A stretch of DNA of 64,000 bases from Macrostomum lignano. Its lineage: Eukaryota. Of this stretch, positions 59,420 through 64,000 are shown piece by piece (positions within the stretch are counted from its first letter, which is position 1; every line of letters begins with the position of its first letter). The notes under the pieces were generated by a model. The model ran no database searches. It saw only the letters and a list, made by a program, of their open reading frames with translations, and was not told the origin of the DNA. The DNA is taken from contig NIVC01000038.1 of assembly GCA_002269645.1 (NCBI GenBank), forward strand, positions 1,054,001 to 1,118,000, read 5' to 3'. A program made the position numbers and the translations under genes.

Positions 59420-62400
59420 TGGCATGACGCTTCTTATTACGTTTGAAAATGTCTCTCCTGTGTTTGAAATGGTGGCTATTTTATGTTTGAATTGGTGGCT
59501 TTTTAATGTTTGGCATGGTGACTCTTTAATGTTCTACATGGTGGCTCTTTAATGTTTGACATCGTGCCAGTTTTATGTTTGTCATGGTGGCTCCTTAATG
59601 CTAGAAACGGTGGCTCTTTAATGTTTGACATAGAGTCACATATATGTTTCACATGGTGGCTCTTCTATGTCTAACTTGGTAGCTCTTTTATGTTTGACAT
59701 CGTGGCTCGTTAATGTTCGACATGGTGGCTCTTTAACGTTCGACATGGTGGCTCTTTAATGTTCGACATGGTGGCTCTTTACTGTTCGACATGGTGGCTC
59801 TTTATTGTTTGACATGATGGCTCTTTAATGTTTGACATTGTGGCTCTTTAATGTTCTACATATTGTGGCTCTTTAATGTTCGACATGGTGGCTCTTTAAT
59901 GTTCTACATTGTGACTCTTTATTGTTTGAAACGATGGCTTTTTATTGTTTGACATCATGGCTCTTTAATGTTCTACATTGTGGCTCTTTAATGTTCTATA
60001 ATGTTTGACATGGAGTCATGTATGTTTTTGGCATGGAGTCACGTATATGCTTTACATGGTGACTCTTTAATGTTCTACATTGTGGCTCTTTAATGTTCTA
60101 TAATGTTTGACATGGAGTCATGTATGTTTTTGGCATGGAGTCACGTATATGCTTTACATGGTGACTCTTTAATGTTCGACATGGTGGCTCTTTAATGTTT
60201 GACATGGAGTCACGTATATGTTTGACATGTAGTCACGTATATGTTTGACATGGTGGCTCTTTAATGTTTGACATAGTGGCTCTTTTATGCTTGAAATGGT
60301 GGCTCTTTAATGTTCAACATGGTGGTTCTTTAATGTGTGACATGGTGGCTCTTTAATGTTTGACATGGAGTCATGTATGTTTTTGGCATGGAGTCACGTA
60401 TATGCTTCACATGGTGACTGTTTAATGTTCGACATGGTGGCTCTTTAATGTTTGACATGGAGTCACGTATATGTTTGACATGTAGTCACGTATATGTTTG
60501 ACATGGTGGCTCTTTAATGTTTGACATAGTGGCTATTTTATGCTTGAAATGGTGGCTCTTTAATTTTCGACATGGTGGCTCTTTTATGTTTAACATGTTG
60601 CTCTTAAATGTTCGACATCGTGGCTCTTTAATGTTTGACATGGTGGCTCTTTAATGTTTCACATGGAGTCACGTATGTGTTTGACATGGAGTCACGTATA
60701 TGCTTTACATGGTGGCTCTTTTATGTTTGACATAGTGGCTCTTTATTGTTTGACATGGTGGCTCTTTTATGTTCGACATGATGGCTCCTTAATGTTCGAC
60801 ATGGTGGCTGTTTAATGTTTGTTATGTAGTCATATGTATATGTTTTACATGGTGGCTCTTTAATGTTAGACAGGGAGTCACGTATATGTTTGACATGTAG
60901 TCACGTATATGTTTGACATGGTGGCTCTTTAATGATCTACATGGTGGCTCTTTAATGTTTGACATGGTGGCTCTTTAATGTTCGACATGGTGGCTCTTTA
61001 ATGTTTGACATGGTGGCTCTTTAATGCTTGACATGGTTGCTCTTTAATGTTCGACATGGAGTCACGAATATACTTGACATGGTGACTCGTTAATGTTTGA
61101 CATGGTGGCTCTTTAATGTTTGACCTGGTGGCACCTTAATGTAATGATGGCTCTTTAATGTTTGAAATGGTGGCTCTTTAATATTTGACATGGTGGCTCT
61201 TTAATGTTAGACATGGTGGCTCTTTAATCTTCGACATGGTGGCTCTTTAATTTTTGAAATGGTGGTCCTTTAATGCATGACATGGTGCCTCTTTAATGTT
61301 TGACGTGTTGGCTCTTTTATGTTTGACATGAAGGCTCTTTAATGTTCTACATGGTGGCTTTTTTATTTTCGACATGGTGGCTCTTATATGTTTGGCATGA
61401 TGGCTCTTTGATGTTTGACATGGAGTCACGAATATACTTGACATGGTGACTGGTTAATGTTAGACATGGTGGCTCTTTAATGTTTGACCTGGTGGCACCT
61501 TAATGTCTGTAATGATGGCTTTTTAATGTTTGAAATGGTGGCTCTTTTATGTTTGACATGGTGGCTCTTTTATGTTCGACATGGTGGCTCTTTGATGTTC
61601 GACATGGTGGCTCTTTAATGTTCAACATGGTGGCTCTTTAATGTTCGACATGGTGGCTCTTTAATGTTTGACATGGTGGCTCTTTAATGTTAGACATGGT
61701 GGCTCTTTAATGTTTGACATGAAGTCACATATATGTTGGACATGGTGGCTCTTTAATGTTTGACATGGTGGCTCTTTAATGTTCGACATGGTGGCTCTTT
61801 AATGTTAGACATGGTGGCTCTTTAATATTCGACATGGTGGCTCTTTAATGTTAGACATGGTGGCTCTTTAATGTTCGACATGATGGCTCTTTAATGTTTG
61901 ACATGGTGGCTCTTTAATGTTTGACATGGTGGCTCTTTAATGTTCGACATGATGGCTCTTTAATGTTTGAAATGGTGGCTCTTTAATGTTAGACATGGTG
62001 GCTCCTTAATGTTAGACATGGTGGCTCTTTAATGTTAGACATGGTGACTCTTTAATGTTAGACATGGTGGCTCTTTAATGTTTGACATGAAGTCACATAT
62101 ACAGTATGTTGGACATGGTGGCTCTTTAATGTTAGACATGGTGGCTCTTTAATGTTCGACATGGTGGCTCTTTAATGTTAGACATGGTGGCTCTTTAATA
62201 TTCGACATGGTGGCTCTTTAATGTTAGACATGGTGGCTCTTTAATGTTCGACATGATGACTCTTTAATGTTTGACATGGTGGCTCTTTAATGTTTGACAT
62301 GGTGGCTCTTTAATGTTCGACATGATGGCTCTTTAATGTTTGACATGAAGTCACATATATGTTCGACATGGTGGCTCTTTAATGTTAGACATGGTGGCTC

Positions 62401-62515
62401 TTTAATGTTCGACATGGTGGCTCTTTAATGTTCTACATGGTGGCTCTTTAATGTTCGACATGGTGGCTCTTTAATGTTCGATATGGTGGCTCTTTAATGT
62501 TTGACATTGTGCTTT
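59420..62515. repeat. satellite array 3, 23-bp unit GACATGGTGGCTCTTTAATGTTT with a GACATGGAGTCACGTATATGTTT variant
   Basis: More than 120 units. Confidence 0.95.
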
Positions 62516-62577
62516 TTTGTGTTTAGCATTTTGTGTTTTTAAGGTTTTTGAATAAAAAAATCTTTTTGCACAGCTAA

Positions 62578-62634
62578 GATTCGAACCCAGGTCGCTGCAT
62601 TAGCAGTCCAGTCTGTTCGCATCTATGCTATCTC
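62578..62634 (-). ncRNA. tRNA-derived A/B-box module, copy 3
   Basis: TAGCATAGATG...CTGGA CTGCTAA TGCAG...CTGGG TTCGAAT CTTAG, then a T7 run. Confidence 0.7.
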
Positions 62635-63389
62635 TTGTCAATTGGAGTACATGAATTGTGGCCCTTATAATTAAATTCTTATAGCAAATCGGTTAGAGTA
62701 AAAAGTTATGACATAATCAATTTCTCAGTCAGCCAGTATCAGTCTCAATTCAAGTTAGCAATATGGTTACGCAATTACAATCAAGTCTTGTGTGCATTTC
62801 TTCGGCACTGTTTTGAACTTGTTGTGATGCAATCATTACCACAATCAGAATTCAGCCAGTCAGTTTTTTCTCTAGCATTCTTAAAATGCATTTTAAGTCG
62901 AAAATTTTGCTTGACCTTTGCAAAAAAGCATGTTTTTCGAATATTTAATCCCTTTAGCATTTAGCAATTTCTTAGCCAAGATGCATGTACCGTGCCAGGA
63001 AAATTTCTGAATGAATGGTGCAAGTTTGAAGAAAATCGGTTGAGCCATTTTTTCCGAAATCTATCGCATACCCACAGACAACTCATTTTTAGTATATAGG
63101 ATTCGGACCCCTAGAACAGGGGTAGAGAGATAATCCTTCTCTCTGTATGCAAAATGGCTAAACGCAGCGCAGCATCGACCACTTTCCTGGCTGACAAGAG
63201 GCAACGTTTTTATGGTAAGTTTTAATTAATTTCTGACATCAGTCTAGACGGGTTTTGAGTTGCTGCAGCAGGGAGCTTCTATGAATTGACAGGGACAGGA
63301 GCAAGAGGGGCTCGATAGAGAGTTGAAAAGAGCAGGTTAGACAGGCGGGGTTAACAAAGAGTTTAGGGGTTTGTCGCTGTGACAGCTTC

Positions 63390-64000
63390 AGGAGCATGCG
63401 GGAATTCAGAGTGCTGCGACAGGGGCTTACGAGTTTGAGTAGGGAAGGCGCGCAAACAAATAGCAGGCCGGATAACAGCTGCGGGCGGGGGTTAAAAAAT
63501 TGCAGAGCGTTTCAGCAGCAGGGTCTACGCGCAAGAGGTTATGTGGGAACACAAACAATGAGCCAGACCGGTAAAAAATGGTGGGCGCTCTGACAGCTGC
63601 AGGAGCATGCGGGAATTCAGAGTGCTGCGACAGGGGGCTTACGAGTTTGAGTAGGGAAGACGCGCAAACAAAGAACCAGGCTGGATGCGGGCTGGGGTTA
63701 AAAAATTGCAGACGCGTGTCGGGAGGAGGCATGAGTGCGAGGGGTTATGGGGGAGCGCAAACAAAGAACCAGGCTGGATGCGGCTAGGGTTAAAAAAAAT
63801 TGCAGAGCGTTTCAGCAGCAGGGCTTGTGCGGGAGGGGTAGCGCAAACAATGAGCCAGGCGGGATGCGGCTAGGGTTAAAAAAAATTGCAGAGCGTTTCA
63901 GCAGCAGGGCTTGTGCGGGAGGGGTAGCGCAAACAATGAGCCAGGCAAATGCGGCTGGGGTTAAAAAAATTGCAGACGCGTCTCGGCAGGGGGCATGCGT
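63390..64000. repeat. GC-rich tandem repeats of about 85-105 bp, running off the window
   Basis: GGGTTAAAAAAATTGCAGA.GCG...GCGCAAACAA.GA.CCAGG recurs at least 5 times. Confidence 0.85.

Larger units (their letters stand above)
58848..63103 (+). mobile_element. Helitron/Helentron-like cassette H2, directly abutting H1
   Basis: 5' ACTAGCAATCTTCGCCCCCCGATGGGGG; 3' body 62690-63103 homologous to 58400-58847, ending TTTTTAGTATATAGGATT. Confidence 0.55.

Noticed and set aside
59420-62515. CRISPR-like array
   Set aside because: Contiguous 23-bp monomers without unique spacers, no cas genes, eukaryotic context.
63154-63214. First exon of a gene (MAKRSAAS...|GTAAGT)
   Set aside because: Only 20 codons; no downstream exon or homology visible in the window.

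Overview
A eukaryotic (intron-containing, metazoan-like) window made almost entirely of transposable elements and satellites. No host housekeeping gene is recognisable. The flatworm-like character is a guess only. Main contents: (1) a young, apparently intact 8994-bp Gypsy LTR retrotransposon (38755-47748) with 876-bp LTRs differing at about 4 positions, a TTCA target duplication, a tRNA-Leu PBS, gag, a -1 frameshifted pol and an extra non-env ORF3; (2) several decayed relatives of this Gypsy clade that also carry an ORF in the ORF3 position, three ORF3s having a matching splice acceptor just before the ATG; (3) a TIR/TSD-complete hAT transposon inserted in a Gypsy integrase; (4) two intron-containing hAT-like transposase relics, a BEN/DUF4806-like gene, Crypton, mariner and RTE-like LINE fragments, and a hAT MITE; (5) a short 28S rDNA fragment; (6) a compact TATA-driven PC4-like gene; (7) two head-to-tail Helitron-like cassettes (52254-63103) holding three 23-24-bp satellite arrays, each capped by the same tRNA-derived A/B-box module. 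The most novel candidates are the spliced, non-envelope ORF3 family of this Gypsy clade and the tRNA-capped, interchangeable satellite cassettes. All family assignments come from motif recognition by eye; no database search was run.
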